Shown in pieces: positions 48,452-58,448 of a stretch of 64,000 nucleotides of DNA (position 1 is its first letter; each line of letters begins with the position of its first letter). The position numbers and the translations under genes were made by a program. The stretch comes from Myxococcota bacterium (GTDB taxonomy: Bacteria > Myxococcota_A > UBA796 > SXON01), in NCBI GenBank assembly GCA_040386535.1, contig JAZKFH010000015.1:284800-348799 (forward strand). The letters run 5' to 3'. The notes under the pieces are model-generated. The model was not told where the DNA came from, did no database searches, and saw only the letters and a list, made by a program, of their open reading frames with translations.

Positions 48452-49487
48452 GGGCGCCCGCGAAGGACGCGATCCGCAGGCGCCCCCGGAGCCCCGCCAA
48501 CGTCCACGCGCGTGCCCAGCGCCGCCACACGTTCTTGTCCTTCCGGAGCGAGCGCAGCTCGATGCGCACGGTCTGGAGCGCCTCCGCGAGCCAGTATCCG
48601 CCGCGCTCGCCGGGCCCGATGCGCACGGCGGCGAGCTCCGCTGGCGTCGCGACGGGGGTGTACCCGAGACGCGCCATCTCGACGCTCGCCACGTGCTCCA
48701 CGACCAGGCGCTCGCGCGGGGTGAGGCCGGTGCGCCATTGCTCCACGGAGGCCTTGGACACGGGCCGCCCGGTGTTGCCCCACGACTCGGAGAGGCTGGC
48801 GGACTTGCGCGCCTCGTCCGTCTCGAAGAAGCGGAGCATGGCGGGCTCGAAGTCCTCGCCGAGGAACGCGCAGATCTCCCGCACGGAGGCCTCGGGCTCG
48901 GCCACCAGCCGCTCGTAGTGGAGCAGGCGCATCGTGTCCGCCGGCAGCTCGTCGAGCCAGCGGAGGCCCACCGCCTGCTGATCGCGCCAGAGCTGCGCGG
49001 TGTAGTAGGGGTGGAACGTGCTGAAGACCGACTTGCGGGACGACACCGCCACGTCCCGCGGGTCCCGCACCAGGAACAGCAGGCGGGCCCCGGGAAACCG
49101 CGCGCGGATCTCCGGGATGTGGTCGACCATGAACGTGCTCTTGCAACCCCAGCGCGCCTTGCCGGTGTGCGCCCGGTACAGCTCCTGGAGCGCCACGTAC
49201 ACACCGAAGGTGGAGCGCGTCGGCGCAGTGCGCGCCACGACCGCGGGGTCGACCGGCACGTCCCACTGGTAGATGTGGGTGTCGAGCAGGCGCAGGATGT
49301 CGTCGACGAGGCGGCGGAACGCGGGATCCTTCGTCAGGTCGCCGTAGAGGGGCTCGAGCGGCGCGAAGTAACGGACCACGTGGGGCGGATGCGGCACCGC
49401 GATGCGGGAGTGGCTGTTGAGGATCAGCCGGAGCAGGTTCGACCCCGAGCGCTCGGTCCCGAGAATGAAGAGGGGGTCGTTCGCCAT
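48441..49487 (-). CDS. Sulfotransferase
   Basis: LGTERSGSNLL, WGCKS, LVRDPRDVAVS, HYERLVAEP. Confidence 0.93.
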   Translation of the reverse strand: MANDPLFILGTERSGSNLLRLILNSHSRIAVPHPPHVVRYFAPLEPLYGDLTKDPAFRRLVDDILRLLDTHIYQWDVPVDPAVVARTAPTRSTFGVYVALQELYRAHTGKARWGCKSTFMVDHIPEIRARFPGARLLFLVRDPRDVAVSSRKSVFSTFHPYYTAQLWRDQQAVGLRWLDELPADTMRLLHYERLVAEPEASVREICAFLGEDFEPAMLRFFETDEARKSASLSESWGNTGRPVSKASVEQWRTGLTPRERLVVEHVASVEMARLGYTPVATPAELAAVRIGPGERGGYWLAEALQTVRIELRSLRKDKNVWRRWARAWTLAGLRGRLRIASFAGAHVG

Positions 49488-49537
49488 GTGCCCGCCCGCT
49501 CTATTGCCCGGCCCGGCGCTCGGCTACGCTTCGCGCC

Positions 49538-50365
49538 ATGGACATCGCCACGCAAACGGATCGGGCCGCCGAGCGCCTCACCGCCGCCCTCGTCGCGTCC
49601 GGGCTGAACCTCTCCGGGGTGGCGTCCGCCGCCGCGTGGGACGCCCGGATGCCGCCCGCCCGCCGTACGGACGCGCTCCTGCCCGGCGCCCGCTCGATCC
49701 TCGTGTTCGGGAACGGCGGGGGCGCCCTCTGGGACGCGCTGCTGGCCGATCTGCGCCGCGACCCCCGCGGCCTCACGGAGGAGGAGCACCCCGTCGACGC
49801 GTTCGTGCGCCGCGCGGTCGCCGCCGCGGACCCGCTGCTCGGCACCGTGCGCCGGCGCTGGTTCTGGGCCTCGGCCGAGGCCGATCTTCACATCGACTTC
49901 CGGGTCCTCGCCGGGATGGCAGGCATGGGCGTGCAGAGCCGTCTCGGGCTGCTCATCGACCCGACGTGGGGCACCTGGATCGGCCTGCGTGCCGCCTGTT
50001 TCCTGGAGGCCGACCTCCCTGAGAGCGCGCCCGCGTCGGTCGATCCGTGCGACGGCTGCCCCGCGCCGTGCGTGTCCGCGTGTGTCGGCGCCGCGTTCCC
50101 CAAGGGCACCTGGGACGTGGACGCATGCTCGCGTTTCCACCGCGAGGACGATCTCTGCCAGCGGACCTGCGCGTCGCGACTGGCGTGCCCGGTCGGCGTG
50201 GAGCGCCGCTACACCCCCGAACATTACGGCTACCACACGCACCGGGTGAGCGGCCGCGCGTGGCTCCGCGAGCACCTCGGGCTCGCGCCGGGCGCGGACC
50301 GCTTCGAGGGGATCGGCCCCCACTGGGGAGACTGGCGGGCGCGGGTGGACGTGAAGGGCGCATGA
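49538..50365 (+). CDS. QueG/CblC-like Fe-S protein
   Basis: HPVD, SRLGLLIDPTWGTWIGLRAA, PCDGCPAPCVSAC, CASRLACPVG. Confidence 0.75.
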   Translation: MDIATQTDRAAERLTAALVASGLNLSGVASAAAWDARMPPARRTDALLPGARSILVFGNGGGALWDALLADLRRDPRGLTEEEHPVDAFVRRAVAAADPLLGTVRRRWFWASAEADLHIDFRVLAGMAGMGVQSRLGLLIDPTWGTWIGLRAACFLEADLPESAPASVDPCDGCPAPCVSACVGAAFPKGTWDVDACSRFHREDDLCQRTCASRLACPVGVERRYTPEHYGYHTHRVSGRAWLREHLGLAPGADRFEGIGPHWGDWRARVDVKGA

Positions 50366-52038
50366 GCCCGCGGCGGTCGGCGGAGGCGGTCGTCCTCGGG
50401 GTGGGCCTCGCCGTGGGGCTGGGCCTCCTCGGCTTCGGCGTGTGGCGGATCGCGGACGGCACGGATGTGTCGACAGTCGCCCCTGTTTCATCCTCCGCGG
50501 CCACGCCGAGCGCCCCCGTCCGCGCCGGCGCGCTCGTCTGGACCGATCCCGCAGCCCCCACCGATGCGCCCGGTGGCGAGGCCGTGGCGGGCGCGGTGTG
50601 CCCCGGCTGCGACATCGTGCTGATCACGGTCTGCTCGCTCCGCCAGGACCACGTGGGCGCCTACGGCGTGCACCCCGGTCTCACGCCGCGCATCGACGCG
50701 CTCGCGGCCGGCGGCGCCCGCTTCACCCGTGCGTACGCGGCGTCGAACTTCACGCTGGCGGGGTTGAGCGCGATCCTGACCGGCCGCTTCGGCAGCACGA
50801 CCGGGGTGACCGGCTGGGACAAGGGCCTCGTGGCGGACGTGCCGACGTTGCCCGAGGCGCTTGGGCACTACGGCTACACCACCGCCGCCTTCACGATCGA
50901 CGCGCCCTCCGGCTTTCGCCCGGACTACGGCTTGAACCGCGGGTTCTCGCGCATGGAGATCATCCCGGCGCCCCGTGACACCCCCGACGGCCGCATGACC
51001 AGCGGCCCCATCGGGGACGGCGGCGCCTCGGCCCTGCCCGTGCGGACGTGGCTCGCGGCCCAACCAGCGGACGCGCCCGTGTTCGCGATGTTCCACACGC
51101 GCACGGCCCATTTCCCGTTCGTGCTCGCCCCGCCCGAGCCGGGCACCGACCCCACCGGCGTGCTCCAGGGCCTGTGGGACGCCGGGAACGTCGGGAGCGC
51201 CAAGGCGCCGCAGGCCATGCCCGGCGCGGCGGGCGGCACCGCGCAGCGCGGCGTCGTGGCGTTGGCGGGGCCGGATCCGCTCCAGGTCCTCATGGACGCC
51301 GCGGGGTCGGCGGGGGACGCGGCGTGGCGGCAGGCCTATGCCGACGCTGTCGCGCGCATGGACCTCGACGTGGGCGTGGTCCTCGACGCCGTGGCCGCGC
51401 GCGGGCGCCCCACGATCGTGGCGCTCGTGGCCGATCACGGCGAGTCGTTGAACGACCACGGTGAGCTGCTCCACGGCGACGCGTACTGGGACTCGGTCGT
51501 GCGCGTCCCGCTGCTCCTCTCCGTGCCCGGGGCGCCACCCACGGTCGAGGACGCGCTCGTCAGCCATGTCGACCTCGCGCCCACCCTGCTCGAGCTCGTG
51601 GGCGCCGTGCCCCCCGCCGGCATCGACGGCACCTCGCTCGTCCCGCTCCTCGCCGGCCGCGCCGACGCCGTGCGTGGCACCACGCTCGTCGAAGGTGGCG
51701 TCGCGTGGCGCGACAGCACGGTGCCCCGCGGCGCGGTGATCGCCCCGCCCTGGGCGATGTTGCGCCAGGACCGCGGCTGTGACACCCGGGGCCTCGCGCG
51801 CGCCCCCGGCCAACCCGCCACGTGCCTCTACGACCTGGACGCCGACGTCCCCCAGGCGGCCAACCTTGCTGGCGCGCATCCCGACGTGATCGTCGATCTG
51901 CTCGCCCGGTGGGACGGCTTCCGCGCCGCCCGCGCCGGCGAGGCGACCCAGCTCGTGCTCGATCCCGCCTACGTCGAGGCGCTCCACCGGACCGGGTACG
52001 ACTTCCGCGTCGGCGGCACGGGCGCGGCCTCCGAATGA
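50362..52038 (+). CDS. Membrane-anchored sulfatase-fold protein (divergent)
   Basis: ITVCSLRQDH, TPRID, SNFTLAGLSAILTG, ADHGE, RVPL; ATGA overlap. Confidence 0.85.
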   Translation: MSPRRSAEAVVLGVGLAVGLGLLGFGVWRIADGTDVSTVAPVSSSAATPSAPVRAGALVWTDPAAPTDAPGGEAVAGAVCPGCDIVLITVCSLRQDHVGAYGVHPGLTPRIDALAAGGARFTRAYAASNFTLAGLSAILTGRFGSTTGVTGWDKGLVADVPTLPEALGHYGYTTAAFTIDAPSGFRPDYGLNRGFSRMEIIPAPRDTPDGRMTSGPIGDGGASALPVRTWLAAQPADAPVFAMFHTRTAHFPFVLAPPEPGTDPTGVLQGLWDAGNVGSAKAPQAMPGAAGGTAQRGVVALAGPDPLQVLMDAAGSAGDAAWRQAYADAVARMDLDVGVVLDAVAARGRPTIVALVADHGESLNDHGELLHGDAYWDSVVRVPLLLSVPGAPPTVEDALVSHVDLAPTLLELVGAVPPAGIDGTSLVPLLAGRADAVRGTTLVEGGVAWRDSTVPRGAVIAPPWAMLRQDRGCDTRGLARAPGQPATCLYDLDADVPQAANLAGAHPDVIVDLLARWDGFRAARAGEATQLVLDPAYVEALHRTGYDFRVGGTGAASE

Positions 52039-54134
52039 ACCGCCGCCTCGCCCTCGGCCCCCTCTCGCGCGCGTCGGTCGGCGCGGTCGCGGGCGCCCTG
52101 CTCGGCGGCTGGCTGGGCCTGCACCACGGCGCCGCGTTCGTGGTGCCCGACCCGCTCGACCCGACGCGGTGGAGCGTGCTGGTGCCGGGCCTCGATGAGA
52201 ACGTGGTGTCCCAGCGCGGCCGCGGTACGCAGGTCGTCGGCGGCGCGATCGTGCTCACGCCCCACGTGTTCCACCGCTCCGACGTGGTGCTCCCGCGGGA
52301 CGCGCGGCCGATCGCGGCGCTCTCGGTGGAGCTGGCGCCGGACAGCGGGCAGCTCGACGTGCGCCTCCGTTCGCCGGGGAAGATCGTCGAGGTGCAGATC
52401 CGCCCCGACGCGTGGCGGAGCGTGCCCGGCGCGTGGACGCCGCACGATGGCCCGGTCGATGTGCGCATCGCGGACGGCGAGGCGCGCATCGGCGGGGTGC
52501 GCGCGGGGTTGTCCGGGCCGGCCTCCGTGGAGCTCGTCGCGGCGCGCGAGCGGGTGCGCATCCGCGGGGTCACGCTCGTCGATGAGGCCGGCGAGGCCTT
52601 CCTCGTGGAGGATCCGGGCGCCGCGTGGGAGGGCCGCGCGCCGGTCGGGTGGGGCGTGATCCTCGGGGCGCTCGCGGGGGCCGGGCTCGCGGCGGCGGGG
52701 GGGATGGGCGGGCTCCTGGTCCTCGCCTTCCCGGTGGCGGTGGCGCTCACGCCTCCCGGCACCTGGCTCGCGCTGGTCGAGCGCCTGTACCTCGTCCGGA
52801 CGACCCCCTGGGCGCTCGCACAGGTGGTCCTGGCCGTCGCGTTCGTGCCGATGCTCGTGCGGCTCCTCGCGCGGTCGGGCCTCGCGGTGCCGGCGGAGCG
52901 GGACCACGAGCGGGATCCCCGCGTGCTCTTCGCCTGGGTCGGCGTCGCCGCCCTCGCCGCGGCGTTCGCGGGGCGGGTCGCCGGCGGGCCCGGCTGGATG
53001 TTCGCCCCGATCGGGCTCGGGCTCCTCCTCGCCCCGCTCGCCTTCGCGCGCGCCGCCCGCGTCGACGCGATGGGGGTGTTGGTGCGGGACGTGCCGGCCG
53101 CGCTCGCCGTTGGGATGTTCGGCTGGGGGGTCGGCCTGCTCGGCGTGGCCGCGTGGCGGATGGGCCTGCTCGTCGCGGGGGCCGGGGTGCTGCTCCGGCG
53201 CGCCCCTCGGGTGGCCGCGGACGCGGTGTTCCTCCTCGCGCTCGCGCTCGTGCCCGCGGCCGAGCTCGCCGCCCGGAGCACCTGGCTCGACACCGCGTGG
53301 GACGCCGCGCGCCTGGACGGCGACCAGTCGTGGACCAGCCCCGCACCGTTCTGGGACGGCGAGTGTGGCCCGGCGCCCCGCGCGACCGTGACGTTCGCCG
53401 GCGGCTCGTCCACGGGCGGCGCCTACCAGTTCCACGACGATCCGGCGGCCTTCTACCCCTCCCGCGTCCACGCGCGGCTGTGCGCGGAGGGCCGGGGGAT
53501 CCGCACCACCAACCACGGCTACGGGGGGCGCGACAGCTTCACCGTCTCCCGCTCGCTCCCCACGATCCTCGCCGCCCATCGGCCCGCCGTCGTGGTGGCG
53601 TACCTCGGCGTGAACGATCTCCTCACCCAGGAGAGCCCGTTGACCCGCGCGCAGCGGGAGGCGATCGAGGCGGGGCGGAGCGCCGCCACCCGCGGGCTCG
53701 CGGCGATCGGGGCCCGATCGCGCCTGCTCACCGGCGTGGCGCTCCTGGCCCGCCCGCCCCTCGATCCCGACGCCGCCGTCGTCTCCGACGTGCCGCTCGC
53801 GGACGCGGAGGCCAACCTCCGCCGGATGGCGGCCGGCACGCTCGCCGCGGGCACCTGGCTCGTCCTGCTGCCCGAATACACCGACCCGGAGACCCGCGGC
53901 CGCGTCAGCGCGTACGCGAACATGGAGGCCCGCCTCGCCGCGGAGCTCCCCGGGATCGTGTTCCTCGACACCTTCGCCGCGCTCGCCCCGTTCGTGCCCG
54001 AGGGCCTCCTGGTCGACCGCAACCACCTGTCCCGTACGGGGAGCGAGCGCCTCGGAGAGGTGCTCGCGCCGATCCTCGTCGGGCTGCTGGACGCCGGACC
54101 CCCGCCGCGCGCGGTATCCTCGGCGTCGCCATGA
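52035..54134 (+). CDS. Polytopic membrane protein with C-terminal SGNH domain
   Basis: Multiple TMs; AGGSSTGG, YLGVND, VDRNHLS; ATGA overlap. Confidence 0.8.
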   Translation: MNRRLALGPLSRASVGAVAGALLGGWLGLHHGAAFVVPDPLDPTRWSVLVPGLDENVVSQRGRGTQVVGGAIVLTPHVFHRSDVVLPRDARPIAALSVELAPDSGQLDVRLRSPGKIVEVQIRPDAWRSVPGAWTPHDGPVDVRIADGEARIGGVRAGLSGPASVELVAARERVRIRGVTLVDEAGEAFLVEDPGAAWEGRAPVGWGVILGALAGAGLAAAGGMGGLLVLAFPVAVALTPPGTWLALVERLYLVRTTPWALAQVVLAVAFVPMLVRLLARSGLAVPAERDHERDPRVLFAWVGVAALAAAFAGRVAGGPGWMFAPIGLGLLLAPLAFARAARVDAMGVLVRDVPAALAVGMFGWGVGLLGVAAWRMGLLVAGAGVLLRRAPRVAADAVFLLALALVPAAELAARSTWLDTAWDAARLDGDQSWTSPAPFWDGECGPAPRATVTFAGGSSTGGAYQFHDDPAAFYPSRVHARLCAEGRGIRTTNHGYGGRDSFTVSRSLPTILAAHRPAVVVAYLGVNDLLTQESPLTRAQREAIEAGRSAATRGLAAIGARSRLLTGVALLARPPLDPDAAVVSDVPLADAEANLRRMAAGTLAAGTWLVLLPEYTDPETRGRVSAYANMEARLAAELPGIVFLDTFAALAPFVPEGLLVDRNHLSRTGSERLGEVLAPILVGLLDAGPPPRAVSSASP

Positions 54135-54334
54135 CCGAACCGTCGTACACCCCCGGCCCCCTGGAGCGGCTCCTGCTGCGGCTCGGGACGGCCGGCGAGC
54201 TCCTGGCCCTGCTCTGGCGCGGCGGAAGGTGGTGGATGATGCCTGTGGTCGTGATCCTGCTGGGCGCCGCGGGGCTCCTGTTGTTCCTGCAGAGCGTCCA
54301 CTACGTGGCGCCGTTCGTCTACATGGTCTTCTGA
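54131..54334 (+). CDS. DUF5989-family small membrane protein
   Basis: EL..LW..RWWMMP..TM..VAPFVYMVF; ATGA overlap. Confidence 0.85.
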   Translation: MTEPSYTPGPLERLLLRLGTAGELLALLWRGGRWWMMPVVVILLGAAGLLLFLQSVHYVAPFVYMVF

Positions 54335-54483
54335 CGGACGCGTCCGAGAGCAGCTTCGGAGAATCCCCTCTGACGCGCGCTCGTCACAGAGGCTGGACGA
54401 ATTCTTAACATTCACTGTCATCCGGCATGGACACGGCCGCGGGCCTCGTCGTACCCTCGGGCTACCCCCTTTTGGAGCCCGCA

Positions 54484-56964
54484 ATGCGCCTTCCCCTCTC
54501 GCCTCTCCTGATGGTCCTCGCGCTCACCGGGTGCTCCACCCACGCCTCGAACGACCAGGCGGGCACCGACGAGGCCGCTCCGGCGCCCACCGGCACCAGC
54601 CTCCTCACCGAGGTCCGGTCGCGCGTCGTGCCCCAGGGCGCCAACCTCGGCCCCATGCAGCAGTGCAACCTCGACGAGGAGCGCTTCCAGACCGTCGAGC
54701 GCGCCGTGCTCCACCCCCTGCGGGACGCCTGGAAGGCCCAGGACGCCGCCAAGATCGCGGCCCTCGGCACCCCGGGCCTCGAGGTCTCCGGCGTCCCCGC
54801 AGCGCTCGGCGCGCCCTCGTCCACGGGCGCCGGCATCGAGCAGACCACCTGGGCCGTGGCGCCGGGCAAGGCCGATCTCGCCGGGTATCTCGCGCAGTTC
54901 TCGTCCCTCGAGTCCGTGCAGCTCGACACCTGGCAGGTGCGCGCCGGCGAGCGCCAGAAGGACGGCGGCTACAAGGACGCCGAGCTGACCGTCGGGTTCG
55001 ACGCGCGCGGCCTCGACAAGAGCGGCTGGCGCCGCAACGACCGCGGCACGATGCAGGTCAAGGCCGTCAACAAGGACGGCAAGGGCTGGAAGCTGGCCCG
55101 CGTCGCGATCACCCAGGGTGACACCGTGCGCGCGGAGAAGGCTGCCTTCACCGAGGTCACCGCGTCCTCCGGGCTCGACAAGGTCACGACCTACCAGCGC
55201 GTCGAGGCCATGCGCCGCGGGGGCTACGCCATCGCCATGGGCGACTACGACAAGGACGGCAACCAGGACATGTACGTCGGGACGTGGGGCCCCGGTACGC
55301 TCCTGCGTGGCGACGGGAAGGGCGGATGGTCCCCGGTCGCGAACGCCGGCCTCAAGGGCGAGTCCCTCGTGAAGACCTCGATCTTCGCCGACATGGACAA
55401 CGACGGCTGGCAGGACCTGCTCCTCGTCCGCTTCACCCCGGACGGCAGCGAGGACCTCGTCTACTACAAGAACGACAAGGGCACCTTCGCCGACGCCGGG
55501 CGCGTGTTCACGGGCCGCGTCCCCGCTGGGCACGCCATGCCCGCCGCGGTGGCCGACTTCAACAAGGACGGCTTCCTCGACTTCTACGTCGGCTACCCCG
55601 GCGCGAAGGACTTCACGGTCATCGAGGGCGTGACCCAGGACCGCGCGGTCCAGGGGATGCTCCTGAACGACGGCAAGGGCGGCTTCTCCGACGTGACGAA
55701 GGCCACGTTCACCGGCGCCCAGCCGAGCACGCTCTTCGCGCACTCCGTCATGGCGGTCGACTACGACACCGACGGGGACAGCGATCTGGTCGTCATCGAC
55801 GACCGCGGCGGCCTCTCGCCCGTGTACCAGAACCAGGGCGACGGCACGTTCACCCAGGTCGCCAAGGACATCGGCGTCGGGAACGAGGGCTTCGGCATGG
55901 GCATCGCCGCCGGGGATATCGACGCGGATGGGGACGAGGACTTCGTCATGACCAACGTCGACTTCGTGGCCGGCCACCGCGTCGCGGACTCGTGCAAGCT
56001 CAACTGGAACACGACCCTCGCCGCCCAGCCCACCCGGGGCCTGCGCGCGTTCGAGAACCAGGGCAACGGCACCTTCACCGAGATCACCGAGACCGCCGGC
56101 CTCTCCTGGGCCGGCGAGGGCCTCGCGGGCGCCGAGTTCATCGACTACGACAACGACGGCGCGCTCGATCTGTACGTGGCCGCGGGCCTCTGGTCCGGCA
56201 CCACCCCCGACCAGGACCTCTCCAGCCTGTTCGTCCGCGCCTACGCCGACCGCGTCAAGTGGGGCGAGTCCGCCGCGCTCCTGTCCTACCAGCCGGAGAA
56301 CGACGTCGAGCTGAAGGACTGGTACCAGCAGCAGACCGAGGCGCCCGCCGCGCACCGCATGGAGTCGCAGTCCTCGTTCATGAAGGTCCTCCAGACCTAC
56401 CAGGGTGACCTCCAGAACCCGGGTACGGGCGCCGGCGAGCGGCCCTCCATGGCCGGCTTCGAGCACAACCGCCTGTTCCGCAACGACGGCAGCGGCCGCT
56501 TCGTCGAGGTGGGCTACGTCACCGGCGTGGACAGCCTCGCGGACGGGTACGTCATCGCCCGCACCGACTACGACCACGACGGCCGCATGGACCTCGTCCT
56601 CCGCAACGGGGACCCCGGCACCAGCGAGAACCTGTTCGCCCCCGTGCAGGTGTTCCACAACGACACGCCCAACACCAACAGCCTGATGGTGTCGCTCGAG
56701 GGCTCCGACTCCAACCGCGACGGCGTGGGCGCCCACGTGTCGATCACCGTGGGCGAGTCGGTCCTCACCCAGCAGCTCATCGGCAACAACGGCACGGCGC
56801 AGTCGGAAAAGGTCCTCCACTTCGGCCTCGCCGCGAACACCAAGGTCGACCGCGTGGTCGTGCGTTGGCCCTCGGGCCGCACGCAGGAGCTCACGGGCGT
56901 GGCGGCAGGGCGCCTGCTGATCCGCGAGGCGGACGCCAAGGACACGGCGAGCGCGGGTCGGTAG
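54484..56964 (+). CDS. CRTAC1-family lipoprotein (FG-GAP/VCBS repeats + ASPIC/UnbV domain)
   Basis: Lipobox LALTGC; repeated D.D.DG..D; SNRDGVGA..LHFGL..VRWPSG. Confidence 0.93.
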   Translation: MRLPLSPLLMVLALTGCSTHASNDQAGTDEAAPAPTGTSLLTEVRSRVVPQGANLGPMQQCNLDEERFQTVERAVLHPLRDAWKAQDAAKIAALGTPGLEVSGVPAALGAPSSTGAGIEQTTWAVAPGKADLAGYLAQFSSLESVQLDTWQVRAGERQKDGGYKDAELTVGFDARGLDKSGWRRNDRGTMQVKAVNKDGKGWKLARVAITQGDTVRAEKAAFTEVTASSGLDKVTTYQRVEAMRRGGYAIAMGDYDKDGNQDMYVGTWGPGTLLRGDGKGGWSPVANAGLKGESLVKTSIFADMDNDGWQDLLLVRFTPDGSEDLVYYKNDKGTFADAGRVFTGRVPAGHAMPAAVADFNKDGFLDFYVGYPGAKDFTVIEGVTQDRAVQGMLLNDGKGGFSDVTKATFTGAQPSTLFAHSVMAVDYDTDGDSDLVVIDDRGGLSPVYQNQGDGTFTQVAKDIGVGNEGFGMGIAAGDIDADGDEDFVMTNVDFVAGHRVADSCKLNWNTTLAAQPTRGLRAFENQGNGTFTEITETAGLSWAGEGLAGAEFIDYDNDGALDLYVAAGLWSGTTPDQDLSSLFVRAYADRVKWGESAALLSYQPENDVELKDWYQQQTEAPAAHRMESQSSFMKVLQTYQGDLQNPGTGAGERPSMAGFEHNRLFRNDGSGRFVEVGYVTGVDSLADGYVIARTDYDHDGRMDLVLRNGDPGTSENLFAPVQVFHNDTPNTNSLMVSLEGSDSNRDGVGAHVSITVGESVLTQQLIGNNGTAQSEKVLHFGLAANTKVDRVVVRWPSGRTQELTGVAAGRLLIREADAKDTASAGR

Positions 56965-56973
56965 TCCCGGAGA

Positions 56974-57372
56974 CCGGACAAGCAGGAAGGCAGGAAGGAA
57001 GGGACGAAGGCAGAGCTCGGATCGGAGTTCTTTCTCCTCACTCCTGCTTTCCTTTATTCCTGCTTTCCTGATTCTTCCGGAGTCCGGAGCCCGGACAAGC
57101 AGGAAGGCAGGAAGCAAGGCAGGAAAGCAGGAAAGAGGGCAGGAAGGAAGGGGGGCTCGGATCGGAGTTCTTTCTCCTCATTCCTGCTTTCCTTTATTCC
57201 TGCTTTCCTGATTCTTCCGGAGTCCGGAGCCGGACAGGCAGGAACGCAGGAAGCAAGGCAGGAAAGCAGGAAAGAGGGCAGGAAGGCAGAGCTCGGATCG
57301 GGGTTTCTTCTCTTCACTCCTGCTTTCCTTGATTCCTGCTTTCCTGCTCTCTTGATTCTTCGGAGACCGGAG
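56974..57372. repeat. Three tandem imperfect palindromic (REP-like) units of about 117-143 bp
   Basis: Units begin CCGGACA at 56974, 57091 and 57230; purine arm (GCAGGAA)n, core GCTCGGATCGG, pyrimidine arm (TTCCTGC)n. Confidence 0.9.
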
Positions 57373-57405
57373 TGCCGGGTACACTGTGGGTCGACAGAGG
57401 ACGCG

Positions 57406-57570
57406 GTGAACACACGGCTCGCGGTAGACCTGGTGAAGGGGATGCTCCTCGCGCCGCTCCGCAAGGTCGTGCCGCGCGGGGTCCGCGAGGCGGTCGTCCA
57501 GACGGCGGCGAAGGTCGTCTCTGTGGCTCACAAGACCAACCCCAGCGGCAACAACATGTCGCAGCGGTAG
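57406..57570 (+). CDS. Putative small basic protein (54 aa)
   Basis: GAGGA RBS before GTG; GC3-rich codons; stop 4 bp before the next ATG. Confidence 0.5.
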   Translation: MNTRLAVDLVKGMLLAPLRKVVPRGVREAVVQTAAKVVSVAHKTNPSGNNMSQR

Positions 57571-57574
57571 CGGC

Positions 57575-58432
57575 ATGATGCGCTCGGGCCATGCCCTCCA
57601 GCCGCTCCTGCGGACCGCACCCGAGACCGAGCCGGCGTCGCAAGGCGATCGCGTGCGGTACCTCGGCACCGCGGGTTTTGTGCTCACCGGCGCCGGGCGC
57701 ACCTTCGTGCTCGACCCGTACCTCTCGCGGCCCGGCCTGCTCACGTCGCTGTTCGGCCGCCTGGAGCCCGACGCCGCGCTGATCGCCCGCGAGATCCCCC
57801 ACGCGGACGACGTGCTGGTGGGGCACGCCCACCACGATCACGCGCTCGACGCGCCGATCCTGTGCAAGCAGACCGGGGCGCGCCTGCTCGGCTCCGAGGC
57901 CGTGATGAACATCGGGCGCGCGGCCGGGGTGCCGGACGCGCAGCTGGTGCGGGCAGACGGGCCGATCGCCTGCGGCGCCGCTACGGTCACGCCGCTCGCC
58001 TCCCGCCACGGCAAGGCCCTGTTCGGCCGGGTGCCGCTCCCCGGCGACATCGCCGCGCCGCCGTCGTGGCCGCCGCGCCTCTGGGAGCTGCGCCACGGGC
58101 AGGTCTACAACTGGCACCTCGACCTCGGGGACGCCAAGGTGCTCCACGTGGACTCGGCCGACTACGACGAGGATCGGGTCGCCGCCGTGCAAGCCGACGT
58201 GTTGTGCCTCTGCGCCGTGGGCCGCCAGTACCGGAAGGACTACACGCGCCGGATCGTGGAGCTCGTTCGCCCCGAGATCGTGATCCCGTGCCACTGGGAC
58301 GACTTCACGCTCCCCTGGGGCGCGCCCGCGCGTCAGCTCCCCGGCGTGGACGTGGCGGGGTTCGTGGACGAGATCCGGGCGGCGGGCGCCCGCGCGGTGG
58401 TGCTCGGGCTCGGCCAGCGCTGGAGCTGGTAG
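57575..58432 (+). CDS. MBL-fold metallo-hydrolase
   Basis: YLGTAGF, LDPYLSR, GHAHHDH, IPCHWDDF. Confidence 0.9.
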   Translation: MMRSGHALQPLLRTAPETEPASQGDRVRYLGTAGFVLTGAGRTFVLDPYLSRPGLLTSLFGRLEPDAALIAREIPHADDVLVGHAHHDHALDAPILCKQTGARLLGSEAVMNIGRAAGVPDAQLVRADGPIACGAATVTPLASRHGKALFGRVPLPGDIAAPPSWPPRLWELRHGQVYNWHLDLGDAKVLHVDSADYDEDRVAAVQADVLCLCAVGRQYRKDYTRRIVELVRPEIVIPCHWDDFTLPWGAPARQLPGVDVAGFVDEIRAAGARAVVLGLGQRWSW

Positions 58433-58448
58433 CCGCGGATCGGGCCCT

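Noticed and set aside
46141..54334. Saxitoxin-like cluster (amidinotransferase, sulfotransferase, GDSL, SxtK-like gene)
   Set aside because: Family overlap only; no SxtA-type PKS/aminotransferase, carbamoyltransferase or Rieske oxygenases, and these families are widespread
56974..57372. CRISPR array
   Set aside because: No unique spacers, units over 100 bp with low-complexity arms, and no cas genes
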